Source: Candidatus Peribacteria bacterium
GTDB taxonomy: Bacteria; Patescibacteriota; Gracilibacteria; Peribacterales; Peribacteraceae
Direction: 5' to 3'
Assembly (NCBI GenBank): GCA_943350395.1
Contig: CALRAD010000001.1
Coordinates: 133,812-197,811 of the forward strand
Length of the DNA: 64,000 bases
Below the pieces are notes generated by a model. It was not told the origin of the DNA and did no database searches. It was given only the letters and a program-made list of their open reading frames with translations. Within the stretch, counting starts at the first letter, position 1. Every line of letters begins with the position of its first letter. Both the position numbers and the translations under genes were made by a program. Shown here one piece after another: positions 8,960 through 17,341 of this stretch.

Positions 8960-10000
8960 ATGCTAAAGAAGATCACCTACGCCGCAGCCGGAGTCGATAT
9001 CTCTGTCGCGGACAAGATGAAGAAAGGAATCGCGAAGGATCTGGAGACCACCAATCCTCTCGTCCTCAATAAAATCGGCGCGTTCAGCTCGCTCTGCGAT
9101 GCCGCATTTCCAAGCTACAAACATCCGGTACTTGTCTGCAAGACGGAAGAACCCGGCAGCAAACAGCTGCTTGCGTTCAAGTACAAACGTGTACGCGGGA
9201 TCTGTTATGACCTCATCAATCACCTGATCAACGACGTGATCGTGATGGGTGCAACTCCTCTCTTCATTCAAGACCTGATCGTCTGCGGAAAACTGGAGAA
9301 AGACGTTGTCAGTGACCTTGTGAAATACATCGCAGAAGCTTGCAAAGTACAAGGGTGCGCACTCACGGGAGGCGAAACATCGGAACAGCCGAATGTGCTC
9401 GCTGCAGGTACCTACGTGCTCGGAGCAAGCTGCATCGGAGTTGCCGAGAAGGAAGAAATCATCGACGGGTCGAGCATCACAGAAGGCGACACGGTGCTGG
9501 CAATCGAGAGTAGCGGACCGCATACAAACGGCTATACGTTGATCCGAGCTCTCATCGATCAGGACAACATGATTCTCGATGCCGAGATTGGAGGAAGGAA
9601 ATTCCTGGATCTGATCATGGAACCGCATCGATGCTATTTTTCTGCGCTGAAAGATCTTTTTAAAAACCCGGGACTGCACGGAATGGCACACATCACAGGA
9701 GGAGGAATCCAAGGCAATCTGAACCGGATTCTGCCAAGCGGTCTCGATGCCGTCATTGATCTCTCAGCGATTCGTGTCTTGCCTGTCTTCTCCTTCATTA
9801 GAGAAAAATCAGGTAACGATGATGCGGACATGATGCGAACATTTAATCTAGGTGTTGGAATGACGATCGTCGTTGATAAGAAAGCAGTCGGTGAAGTAAT
9901 CGACCATCTCAAGAAACACAATCTTGCGTGCTATGAAATAGGCAACATTGTCAGTGGAGGATCGCAGAGTGTGAGAATGGAAGGAAAGCTGAAGTGGTAA
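8960..10000 (+). CDS. purM: phosphoribosylformylglycinamidine cyclo-ligase (AIR synthetase)
   Basis: ITYAAAGVDI start, plus HITGGG and other AIR synthase-like motifs, 346 aa. Confidence 0.92.
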   Translation: MLKKITYAAAGVDISVADKMKKGIAKDLETTNPLVLNKIGAFSSLCDAAFPSYKHPVLVCKTEEPGSKQLLAFKYKRVRGICYDLINHLINDVIVMGATPLFIQDLIVCGKLEKDVVSDLVKYIAEACKVQGCALTGGETSEQPNVLAAGTYVLGASCIGVAEKEEIIDGSSITEGDTVLAIESSGPHTNGYTLIRALIDQDNMILDAEIGGRKFLDLIMEPHRCYFSALKDLFKNPGLHGMAHITGGGIQGNLNRILPSGLDAVIDLSAIRVLPVFSFIREKSGNDDADMMRTFNLGVGMTIVVDKKAVGEVIDHLKKHNLACYEIGNIVSGGSQSVRMEGKLKW

Positions 10001-10027
10001 ATAAGTTCTTTTCATGCAACTCTTCTT

Positions 10028-10058
10028 GCCCTTTCTTTTTGCGCGAAAAAGAAAGGGC
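10028..10058 (+). repeat. 13-bp perfect hairpin downstream of purM
   Basis: GCCCTTTCTTTTT-GCGCG-AAAAAGAAAGGGC. There is no clear U tract, so terminator function is uncertain. Confidence 0.5.
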
Positions 10059-10220
10059 GAAAGAAAACGCGTGCGCCAACTCCCGCCAACTCACCCCCAC
10101 CTGTGGCGCACGCCTGCCCTTCGGATGCTTTTTAACTGACCGCATACTGTCGCTTCGAATTTGCTCGGATGAATCTTTGAATATGTAAAAGAAAAGTACC
10201 GTTAGGAGGGTAAAGGGGGT

Positions 10221-10263
10221 TTGGGGGACCTAGGGAACCGAACAAGGTTCCCTGGGCCCCCAA
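10221..10263. repeat. long imperfect GC-rich hairpin downstream of ftsE
   Basis: TTGGGGGACCTAGGGAACC-GAACAA-GGTTCCCTGGGCCCCCAA. It resembles a REP element and has no U tract. Confidence 0.5.
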
Positions 10264-10270
10264 GAAAAAT

Positions 10271-11068
10271 CTATATTGCTATCGGTTTTATCTTCCCACT
10301 CATGTGCATTGTCCGGTGCTCCTGCGGAGCGGAATGCGAAGGAGCTGCCTGCGCCGGAATCACATCAACCTTCGGCATATCGTGTACGACAGGGCTATGT
10401 CTGTACCCACCGACGGAATCTCGCACCAGCTTCCCGTTCTCGAGCCTGAGGACACGCATATGCAGCGAATCGATGACACGCTGATCGTGTGACGCGAGGA
10501 TCACCGTTGCACCCTCCACATTGACCTGCTTGAGAATTTCCAAAATTTCCATCGACTGATCGGGGTCGATGTTGCCGGTTGGCTCGTCGGCAATTAGGAT
10601 ACTTGGTCTGCCGGCAAGAGCGCGAGCAAGGGCCGTTCTCGTTTTCTCTCCACCGGAGAGCTCTCTGGGGAACGCATGCCGACGTCCGGTGAGTCGTAGA
10701 CGCTTCAGAAGTTCGTCCACGCGCGGCTGAATCTCACTGTCTTTGACATCCGAAACTTCGAGAGCAAACGCAATGTTCTCGGCAACCGTACGATCGGAGA
10801 GCAATTTGTAATCCTGAAACAGCACGCCCATGTTCCTGCGGTACATCTGCAAGATCGGTCTTGGAAGACTCGCAAGATCAGCACCGTCAATCGTAATCGT
10901 TCCCGCAGACGGAAGCTCCGCACGAATCAGCAGATGCACAAGTGTTGATTTTCCCGCTCCGCTCGGTCCCGTAAGACAAACGAACTCACCGGGCTCTATC
11001 GTGAAACTCACCTTGTCCACCACCGCGCGTCCATGGAACTGTTTGGTTACCGACGAGAAGACGATCAT
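10271..11068 (-). CDS. ftsE: cell-division ABC ATPase FtsE-like
   Basis: MIVFSSVTKQFHGR..GPSGAGKST (Walker A), LSGGEKTR (signature) and ILIADEPTGNIDP (Walker B). The start was set at the internal Met (11068), 5 nt after the rlmE stop. No ftsX is adjacent. Confidence 0.8.
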   Translation of the reverse strand: MIVFSSVTKQFHGRAVVDKVSFTIEPGEFVCLTGPSGAGKSTLVHLLIRAELPSAGTITIDGADLASLPRPILQMYRRNMGVLFQDYKLLSDRTVAENIAFALEVSDVKDSEIQPRVDELLKRLRLTGRRHAFPRELSGGEKTRTALARALAGRPSILIADEPTGNIDPDQSMEILEILKQVNVEGATVILASHDQRVIDSLHMRVLRLENGKLVRDSVGGYRHSPVVHDMPKVDVIPAQAAPSHSAPQEHRTMHMSGKIKPIAI

Positions 11069-11073
11069 GGAGA

Positions 11074-11679
11074 TCAGGATACAGCGATTGCATCCGAACA
11101 CACAACGTACACTTCTCTGCTTCTGTCTCTGCTTGCAAGTGCACTCATGACTTTCAAGCGCCCGAACTGGGTCTTCAGTTCATGCGTGAATGCATCGAAA
11201 TCTTTTCCGCGAAACACTTTCATGACCACTGCGCCGTGTCCGCGCAAATACTTCTGCGCGATCGCCGCGATCTTTCTGTTGAGCTCGATCGATCTCCACT
11301 GATCGACATCCTTGATGCCGCTCGTATTCGGTGCGATGTCGGAGAGTACCAGATCGACGTGCTTCCAACTCATCTCCGCAATGGCATTCGAGACAGCAGC
11401 ATCATCGAACACATCGATTACTTTCGTCGTCACATTCGGAGCAATATCTTTGATCGGCTTGAGATCAAGTCCGAGTACACGACCGTTTGGACCCAGCTTG
11501 TCACTCGTATACTGAAGCCATGATCCCGGTGCCGCACCAATGTCGAGTACGCGAAGACCCGGACGAATCAGTTCATACCTTGCATCGAGTTCCATGAGTT
11601 TATAAACAGAACGCGCGAGATATCCCTCTTTCGCAGCACGTTGGCTCCACTTGTCATTGGGGATGTATGGTTTTGGCAT
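11074..11679 (-). CDS. rlmE: 23S rRNA 2'-O-ribose methyltransferase RlmE/FtsJ
   Basis: YLARSVYKLMELD..VLDIGAAPGSWLQY..VLSDIAPNTSG. The start was set at MPKPYIPND. Confidence 0.88.
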   Translation of the reverse strand: MPKPYIPNDKWSQRAAKEGYLARSVYKLMELDARYELIRPGLRVLDIGAAPGSWLQYTSDKLGPNGRVLGLDLKPIKDIAPNVTTKVIDVFDDAAVSNAIAEMSWKHVDLVLSDIAPNTSGIKDVDQWRSIELNRKIAAIAQKYLRGHGAVVMKVFRGKDFDAFTHELKTQFGRLKVMSALASRDRSREVYVVCSDAIAVS

Positions 11680-11955
11680 GCGGCACGATGCTAGACACAA
11701 GACAAAAATTGTTCAATAGTTAAATAAAAGAAATGTTGCGCGAAGCTTCGGAAGAAGCCATTTTCAGCTCAAAAATAGAAGTTACAGAACAATGCAGAAA
11801 TATGACAATTGCGAGGACTCTCTGCCCGACTAAAATGATAGTCGCTGATCGCTTCCCCCGTCACTTCTATGCGTTCTCGCACTTTGGGAGTCTCCCCGCT
11901 TCTCGTCGTCTTCATCTCGTGTCTGGTCGTCGTCATGACAACACTGTCGCAACAA

Positions 11956-12630
11956 CTATAGAGGATTGCTTTTCGGTATTCCCACCTTCCTCGGATACTC
12001 GCTTGAGGTTGCTTTCATTTTGCGAAAAAACACAATGAGACGCTTCCCAAAATCCGGAGAAAGCTCGTACTCGTAGATTCCTGCAAAGCTCATGGACAAT
12101 GCCTTCTGCGCTTTGGTGGAACCGGCAAGTTCATCAGCAACCTTGCTGCTCTTCCAGAACGCGCAGAATCCTCCGACCTTGAGAAACGGCACAGCGTACT
12201 CGAGGAGAATCGAGATCGGCGCAACAGCCCTGGCAGTGACGATGTCATACTTCTCGCGGAAGTTTTTGTCTCGAGCCTTGTCCTCAAAACGTTCGGAGAA
12301 GAGCCCGACATTCGTAAGCCCCAGCGACTCTACGATTCTCGCTACGGCATCGACCTTCTTCTTTGTCGCATCGATTCCTGAACAATGTGTCTTCGGCAGA
12401 CAGATGGCGAGAGGGAGCAGAGGAAACCCTCCACCGGTACCGATATCGAGAAGTGTTTGCGGTGCGCGAAGACCTTCGATCTTCTCGAGTGCCTGGAGAA
12501 AAGACAACGAATCGAGCACATTCCCGACCCAGCAATGCTCTTCGGTCCGAAACGCCGAGAGATTCAGTTTCTTGTTCTCTTCAAGAAAAACTTGCACGAG
12601 TTGCCGGAGTTTCGTTTCGTCGATCGTCAT
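11956..12630 (-). CDS. rsmG: 16S rRNA (guanine527-N7)-methyltransferase
   Basis: GidB-like: LLDIGTGGGFPLLPLAI and a YDIVTARAVA motif. Confidence 0.88.
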   Translation of the reverse strand: MTIDETKLRQLVQVFLEENKKLNLSAFRTEEHCWVGNVLDSLSFLQALEKIEGLRAPQTLLDIGTGGGFPLLPLAICLPKTHCSGIDATKKKVDAVARIVESLGLTNVGLFSERFEDKARDKNFREKYDIVTARAVAPISILLEYAVPFLKVGGFCAFWKSSKVADELAGSTKAQKALSMSFAGIYEYELSPDFGKRLIVFFRKMKATSSEYPRKVGIPKSNPL

Positions 12631-12643
12631 AGATGGAGTTTAG

Positions 12644-12690
12644 CAGAGCTTCCTTCTCCAGATCGCTGGAGAAGGATTGAGGATGAGGGC
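12644..12690 (+). repeat. 47-nt hairpin repeat, family C copy
   Basis: CAGAGCTTCCTTCTCCAGATCGCTGGAGAAGGATTGAGGATGAGGGC. It matches the reverse complement of 43334-43380 at 46 of 47 positions. Confidence 0.9.
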
Positions 12691-12706
12691 TGTTCTCGGC
12701 TACTCT

Positions 12707-13345
12707 ATGGTCATGCACCACGGACTTCGTATCGCAGAGCATCTTCTCTCCATAGGAGCGGTGAAACTGTCGCCTGAGAAGCCGTTCACATGGACGAGCG
12801 GGATTTTGTCGCCAATCTACTGCGACAACCGGATGATCTACAGCCACCCCAAGGAAAGAGATTTCGTTGTGACCGCACTCGCAAAGTACGTGGAGAACCT
12901 GCATGTTCCGGCAGATGTCATCGCAGGCACTGCAACAGCAGCGATCGGCTGGGCTGCACTCGTCGCTGACCGCCTGAAACTGCCATTCGTCTACGTTCGC
13001 TCGCAAGCGAAAGAGCACGGTGCGAAGAAACGCATAGAAGGCGATCTGAAAGCAGGAAAGCACGTCGTTGTCATCGAGGATCTGATCTCGACCGCAAAAA
13101 GCTCTGTCTCCACCGTCGAGGCTCTTAGGGAGGAAGGACAGTGCATTGTCACCGACGTCGTTGCGATCTTCAGTTACGAACTGAAGGTTGCCCAGGAAAA
13201 AGCGAGCGAGTGCAAAGTGCGTCTGCATCCGCTGACAACACTCTCGACGCTTCTCGATGTTGCACTGCTCCAAGACCGTATCAAAAAGAGCGACGTCGAA
13301 AGCATCCTGAAATTCTCGAAAGACCCCGAGGGGTGGGGGAAATAA
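12707..13345 (+). CDS. pyrE: orotate phosphoribosyltransferase
   Basis: FTWTSGILSPIYCDNR, plus a PRPP-binding VVVIEDLISTAKS motif. The start is uncertain (TTG 12677, ATG 12683/12707/12713). Confidence 0.88.
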   Translation: MVMHHGLRIAEHLLSIGAVKLSPEKPFTWTSGILSPIYCDNRMIYSHPKERDFVVTALAKYVENLHVPADVIAGTATAAIGWAALVADRLKLPFVYVRSQAKEHGAKKRIEGDLKAGKHVVVIEDLISTAKSSVSTVEALREEGQCIVTDVVAIFSYELKVAQEKASECKVRLHPLTTLSTLLDVALLQDRIKKSDVESILKFSKDPEGWGK

Positions 13346-13346
13346 C

Positions 13347-13407
13347 TTCTCGATACGCCCCGCGACGGGGCTACTCGAAGTGACACAAAAAATAAGCGTA
13401 TCGAGAA
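13347..13407. repeat. nested inverted repeat between the convergent pyrE and pheS genes
   Basis: TTCTCGATACGC (13347-13358) pairs with GCGTATCGAGAA (13396-13407). These arms enclose the hairpin GCCCCG-CGA-CGGGGC (13357-13371). Confidence 0.5.
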
Positions 13408-13488
13408 CTAAAACTGCCTCAGAAACCTCAGATCCCCCTGAAAAAACGACCGGAGATCGGGCCTGCCCACCGAAGCTCTAGACCATCC

Positions 13489-14487
13489 TTAGAATTGCCT
13501 AAGGAATCGAAGGTCACCTTGAAAAAAGGAGCGAAGGTCGGGAATCTGGTGCCTGATCATGAGCATCCGCTCAACGCCGAAGCCGAAAGCAAAGCCTTGG
13601 AATTCCTCCGGATCGATTCCGACATTTTTAAGCACCTGCGGATGAACCATGCCGCAACCGACGACCTCAAGCCACCTTCCTTCGCGGCTTTTGCTTTCGT
13701 CTCCTCTCCAGCGAAGATCCATTTCGAGCCCTGGTTCCACGAACGGAAAATATCCCGTCCTCCAGCGAAACTCGACAGTGGGATCGACGAGTTCGCGAAT
13801 CGCCTGTTCCATCACGGCTTTCATGTTCGCAAGCGAAACTGACTTCCCGATCATGAGTCCTTCGATCTGATGAAACATCGGCGAGTGAGTCGCATCGCTG
13901 TCTTTGCGATAAACCTTTCCTGCACAGATCATCCGAAACGGAGGCTTCTTCTTCTCCATGTAACGAATCTGCATCGGTGAGGTATGCGTGCGAAGCACCG
14001 TGCGATCAAGAGAGCTCACCCAAAACGTATCCTGCAGATCTCTGGCAGGATGGCTTTCCGGAATATTCAGCATATCGAAGTTATAGTGCTCTGTTTCGAG
14101 CTCCGGTCCGTTTGCAGTGTCGAACCCCATGCGACCGAAGACTTCTTCTGCTTTGCGGATGTACTCATGAATCGGATGTTTGTGTCCAATTTCTGCTTCG
14201 GGTAAATCGAGAGTGACATCAAGACTATCACTCTCTCCAAGGCTGCCGAAAGACTCGGAGGCAATCGCAGCAAGTCTCGCATCCAGCAGTTGTTCCAGTT
14301 CGACTTTGATCACGTTCAGCGCCTGACCCTGCGTACGCTTGTCCTCCGGGGACTTGGTGCCAAGGTCTTTCATCGCGAGCGTCAGGACTCCTGCTTTGCG
14401 ACCGAAGAGCTCGAAGCGAATCGACTCGACCTCATCCGGCGTTTTTGCCGTTGCGATCTTCGCCGAGTATTGATCGAGGGTAATCAT
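13489..14487 (-). CDS. pheS: phenylalanine--tRNA ligase alpha subunit
   Basis: Class II motifs: HPARDLQDTFW, RTHTSPMQIR, GFAFGFGVERMLM. Confidence 0.95.
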   Translation of the reverse strand: MITLDQYSAKIATAKTPDEVESIRFELFGRKAGVLTLAMKDLGTKSPEDKRTQGQALNVIKVELEQLLDARLAAIASESFGSLGESDSLDVTLDLPEAEIGHKHPIHEYIRKAEEVFGRMGFDTANGPELETEHYNFDMLNIPESHPARDLQDTFWVSSLDRTVLRTHTSPMQIRYMEKKKPPFRMICAGKVYRKDSDATHSPMFHQIEGLMIGKSVSLANMKAVMEQAIRELVDPTVEFRWRTGYFPFVEPGLEMDLRWRGDESKSREGRWLEVVGCGMVHPQVLKNVGIDPEEFQGFAFGFGVERMLMIRHQIPDLRSFFQGDLRFLRQF

Positions 14488-14508
14488 ACGAGAGACAGAA
14501 TAGAGGGA

Positions 14509-14871
14509 TCAGGAATGCAACGCCACTTCGATAAGCACGAACACGAGGTAGATGAGCCCCGCAATCCACCACGTGAGAATGCCGAGAATCTGAAAAATAA
14601 ACAGAAGCACAGTCGCCGTCGCCAAAAGCAATCCTTCGCGAAGCGAAATACTGATCTTCCGACCTGCGTCCATACCCTCCACAGAGAGATTGCTCCAAAT
14701 AGCGTAACAGAGAAGCGTCGAGAGACTCGCAACCGTCAGGAAGACGGTAAGAAAGAAAAATGGTACAGCAAGGCCCGGCGACGTGAGTGGACTGACGCGA
14801 AAGAGCACAACGATGAGGGATGACAGCGAGAGAAATGCTGCGGCGGCGATGCGGAGGAGGAGTGGGGTCAT
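14509..14871 (-). CDS. small integral membrane protein, hypothetical
   Basis: 120 aa with 3-4 hydrophobic helices. It is packed tightly between pheS and the udg-like gene. No family recognised. Confidence 0.55.
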   Translation of the reverse strand: MTPLLLRIAAAAFLSLSSLIVVLFRVSPLTSPGLAVPFFFLTVFLTVASLSTLLCYAIWSNLSVEGMDAGRKISISLREGLLLATATVLLFIFQILGILTWWIAGLIYLVFVLIEVALHS

Positions 14872-14877
14872 ATTTTT

Positions 14878-15435
14878 TTATTGTACAGTCTTCAAGAAAT
14901 CTCCCAACTTGTAAAAATCTGACTGCAACGCACTGCGCAGGCTGCCGTTATGCAATGCGGCTGCAGGATGATAGACAGAGAAAAGTGTGACAGCAGCAGT
15001 GATTGGAAAAGCATTGCCATGTGCTTCGGAAATCGTGATGCCGGAAAAAAAATGTCCAAGAGAATGACGTCCGAGCGTGACGATAACTTTTGGTTTTACC
15101 AGAGCAATCTCCAGCATCAGCCAGGGCATACACTGCTCTTTCTCGATCGGTTTTGGATCACGCGTATCCGGTGGGCAATATTTGACGACATTGCTGATGT
15201 AGACGTCCTCACGCTTCAGTTGAATCGATTCGAGTAATTCATTAAGATATTTTCCTGCTGCACCGACAAACGGTCGCCGGAGTTCATTCTCTTTCTCACC
15301 CGGCGCCTCGCCGATTATCATGACGCTCGCTCTTGGATTCCCTTCGCCAAGGACGGCATTCGCTGTTGTACTCAAATCGCAGCCCTTCCAAACCGTGAGC
15401 TTCTCTTTGAGGAGATCGAGCGTAAGTATTGGCAT
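14878..15435 (-). CDS. uracil-DNA glycosylase, family 4
   Basis: GEGNPRASVMIIGEAPGEKENELRRPFVGAAGKYL and a HPAAAL motif. The start was set at MPILTLDLL, because upstream ORF sequence runs into repeat and tRNA-like sequence. Confidence 0.85.
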   Translation of the reverse strand: MPILTLDLLKEKLTVWKGCDLSTTANAVLGEGNPRASVMIIGEAPGEKENELRRPFVGAAGKYLNELLESIQLKREDVYISNVVKYCPPDTRDPKPIEKEQCMPWLMLEIALVKPKVIVTLGRHSLGHFFSGITISEAHGNAFPITAAVTLFSVYHPAAALHNGSLRSALQSDFYKLGDFLKTVQ

Positions 15436-15557
15436 ACAGTAAGGATTGTAGCATTGGAGAGGGAACGTTATACTCCTCCAGCTTTCCGGGGCTCTAGCTC
15501 CCACCTACGCTCCTTCGAGAGCTTCGGTCGGCAGGCATCTGTCCCTCGGAGTACTCT

Positions 15558-15633
15558 GGGGCTCTAGCTCATCTGGTAGAGCGCTTCCATGGCATGGAAG
15601 AGGTGAGGGGTTCGAGTCCCCTGAGCTCCACCA
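15558..15633 (+). tRNA. tRNA-Ala (anticodon GGC), CCA encoded
   Basis: Hand-folded cloverleaf with acceptor GGGGCTC/GAGCTCC carrying the G3:U70 Ala identity pair. The anticodon arm is CTTCC-ATGGCAT-GGAAG and the T loop is GGTTCGAGTCC. Confidence 0.9.
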
Positions 15634-15690
15634 TTCGAATCGCCACTGCGGCGTCTCGCTCATGGCAAGCAAAGTCTTTCACACCATCGT

Positions 15691-15768
15691 GCGCCCATAG
15701 CTCAGCCTGGATAGAGCATCAGCTTGCGGAGCTGGGGGTCGTAGGTTCAAATCCTGCTGGGCGCACCA
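15691..15768 (+). tRNA. tRNA-Arg (anticodon GCG as read), CCA encoded
   Basis: Acceptor GCGCCCA/TGGGCGC, D arm GCTC-AGCCTGGATA-GAGC, anticodon arm TCAGC-TTGCGGA-GCTGG, T arm GTAGG-TTCAAAT-CCTGC. Confidence 0.85.
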
Positions 15769-15815
15769 CTTTTTCTCCATTTGAAGGGCTTCTCTGTTTT
15801 CCCTATACTATTGCC

Positions 15816-16268
15816 ATGCCTTCCGTCACCTTTCTCCTCGGTTCCAAAGTCGACACCGAATTTGCTGAGAAGATCGGTGCGACGCTCAAAGAGTTTGGCG
15901 TGGAGTACGAGATCATCGTTGCCTCTGCTCACAAAGTTCCTGAGAAAGTCGTCGAGATTATCGCGAAGCTGAATGAGCGTACCGAGCCCACGGTCGTCAT
16001 CACGTGCGTTGGCATGAGCAACGGGCTCGCAGGCGTAACTGCGGGAAGCTGCGTACATCCGGTCGTGAACTGTCCTCCGTACAAAGACTTAAACGAGTAT
16101 ATGGTCGACCTGCACAGTAACCTCCGCATGCCGTCTGATGTTCCGGTTCTGACAGTTCTTCATCCGAAGAACGCCGCACTCGCAACCCTCAGGATTCTTG
16201 CAGAGAGTGACAAGGCACTGCAGAAGAAGCTGATGGAGAGAATCAGGAAGATCAAAGCTGAATATTAA
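15816..16268 (+). CDS. purE: PurE-like AIR carboxylase, class II-type motifs
   Basis: LGSKVD, SAHKVPEKV and VGMSNGLAGVTAGSCVHPVVNCPP resemble the class II (PAICS-type) GRSNGLGP..PVISCPP motif. The upstream part of ORF 15594-16268 overlaps the two tRNAs and was discarded. Confidence 0.75.
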   Translation: MPSVTFLLGSKVDTEFAEKIGATLKEFGVEYEIIVASAHKVPEKVVEIIAKLNERTEPTVVITCVGMSNGLAGVTAGSCVHPVVNCPPYKDLNEYMVDLHSNLRMPSDVPVLTVLHPKNAALATLRILAESDKALQKKLMERIRKIKAEY

Positions 16269-16275
16269 TGTGAAC

Positions 16276-16320
16276 CAGCGCGCCCTTCCAGGGCGCGTCG
16301 CGGCCAGGATGGCCACGCTG
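16276..16320 (+). repeat. 45-nt double-hairpin repeat, family A copy 2
   Basis: CAGCGCGCCCTTCCAGGGCGCGTCGCGGCCAGGATGGCCACGCTG. Confidence 0.85.
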
Positions 16321-16478
16321 ATTATTCCGCGAATGCGTGATTTTCTTGACTCCCATCTTTTCAAGCATATTCTTCGCTCATGCGCCCCACCCCATCCAAC
16401 ATCATCGGAGAAGGAATCACATTACTCGAACTTACTCCGGATCCAACAGGTCCACGCACCTTGCAGGAGGATTTATAC

Positions 16479-16784
16479 ATGAGTGAGTTTGCCCTAAGAA
16501 TTCATGAAAGAGTGTCTTGTGGAAACGGCTTTATTGCACCGGAAGCTCACGGGAATATGACAAGGAACATTGGGAACCTTTCAGCTCGCATGACACTTGT
16601 CACTCAGGCGCATCCGGAACTCAGCGAAATGTACGCAAGGCACATTGATCTCCGAAGAAGGCTTTCAACTGCAGTGCAATCCGATCAATCCCAAGTCCCC
16701 CAGCTTCAAGAAGAATGTTCGAAACTTGCTACGGAAATCGTGCAAATCGAGCAAAGCGTTGATCTCGGGGATAGAGAAGATTAG
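16479..16784 (+). CDS. hypothetical protein (101 aa)
   Basis: The ATG is preceded by AGGAGG 8 nt upstream. No family recognised. Confidence 0.5.
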   Translation: MSEFALRIHERVSCGNGFIAPEAHGNMTRNIGNLSARMTLVTQAHPELSEMYARHIDLRRRLSTAVQSDQSQVPQLQEECSKLATEIVQIEQSVDLGDRED

Positions 16785-17341
16785 AGATTCCTCAGAAAAC
16801 TCTTCCTGTGCTCAGTGCACATCCCGTATTTCTTGAGTTCCGCAAAATGTTCCGGTGTTCCGTAGCCTTTATGTTTCTCAAATTCGTAGTCAGGAAATTT
16901 CTTGCCGAGTGCCACCATGCGTTTGTCACGCGTGACTTTCGCGATGATCGACGCGGCACCAATGCAGAGTTCTGAGACGTCACCTCGAATGATCGAACTA
17001 TGGGGATAGTCGAACCAGAACTTGTCTCTGCCATCGACGAGGAGATATAAATTTTTGTGGATTTTTGCTACCTGCTTCACTGCCTTCTGCATCGCAATTT
17101 CGTTCGCAGCAAGAATACCGATGCGATCGATGACATTTGCTTCTACTCGTCCTATTCCATGAACACAATTTTTGATCAACCATGTGCAGGATTTCTCACG
17201 CTCGAGTGGCGTCATCTGCTTGCTGTCACCGATACGAACGGGATAATTTTTCATCGCAGGAAGCATGCATGCCGCAGCAACGACCGGACCCGCGAGTGCT
17301 CCGCGTCCTGCTTCGTCGATGCCGACAATCAAAGTACTCAT
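16781..17341 (-). CDS. rnhB: ribonuclease HII
   Basis: LIVGIDEAGRGALAGPVVAAA and a DSKQMTP motif. The start forms an ATGA overlap with the upstream gene's stop (17338-17341). Confidence 0.9.
   Translation of the reverse strand: MSTLIVGIDEAGRGALAGPVVAAACMLPAMKNYPVRIGDSKQMTPLEREKSCTWLIKNCVHGIGRVEANVIDRIGILAANEIAMQKAVKQVAKIHKNLYLLVDGRDKFWFDYPHSSIIRGDVSELCIGAASIIAKVTRDKRMVALGKKFPDYEFEKHKGYGTPEHFAELKKYGMCTEHRKSFLRNL

Noticed and set aside
8963-9712. 249-aa minus-strand ORF antisense to purM. Similar long antisense ORFs lie at 12581-13273, 18849-19589, 37953-38810, 38957-39874, 48973-50073, 50086-50838, 55701-56420 and 56466-57317
   Set aside because: Each lies entirely within a confidently identified gene on the other strand and has no recognisable motif. 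They are treated as shadow ORFs.
11769-11936. 55-aa minus-strand ORF (MTTTRHEMKTTRSGETPKV..) in the gap between rsmG and rlmE
   Set aside because: There is no SD, no recognisable motif, and it falls below the track cutoff. It may be real but there is no supporting evidence beyond an open frame.
15594-15815. N-terminal part of listed ORF 15594-16268
   Set aside because: It runs across the tRNA-Ala and tRNA-Arg genes. The PurE-like protein aligns from the internal ATG at 15816.
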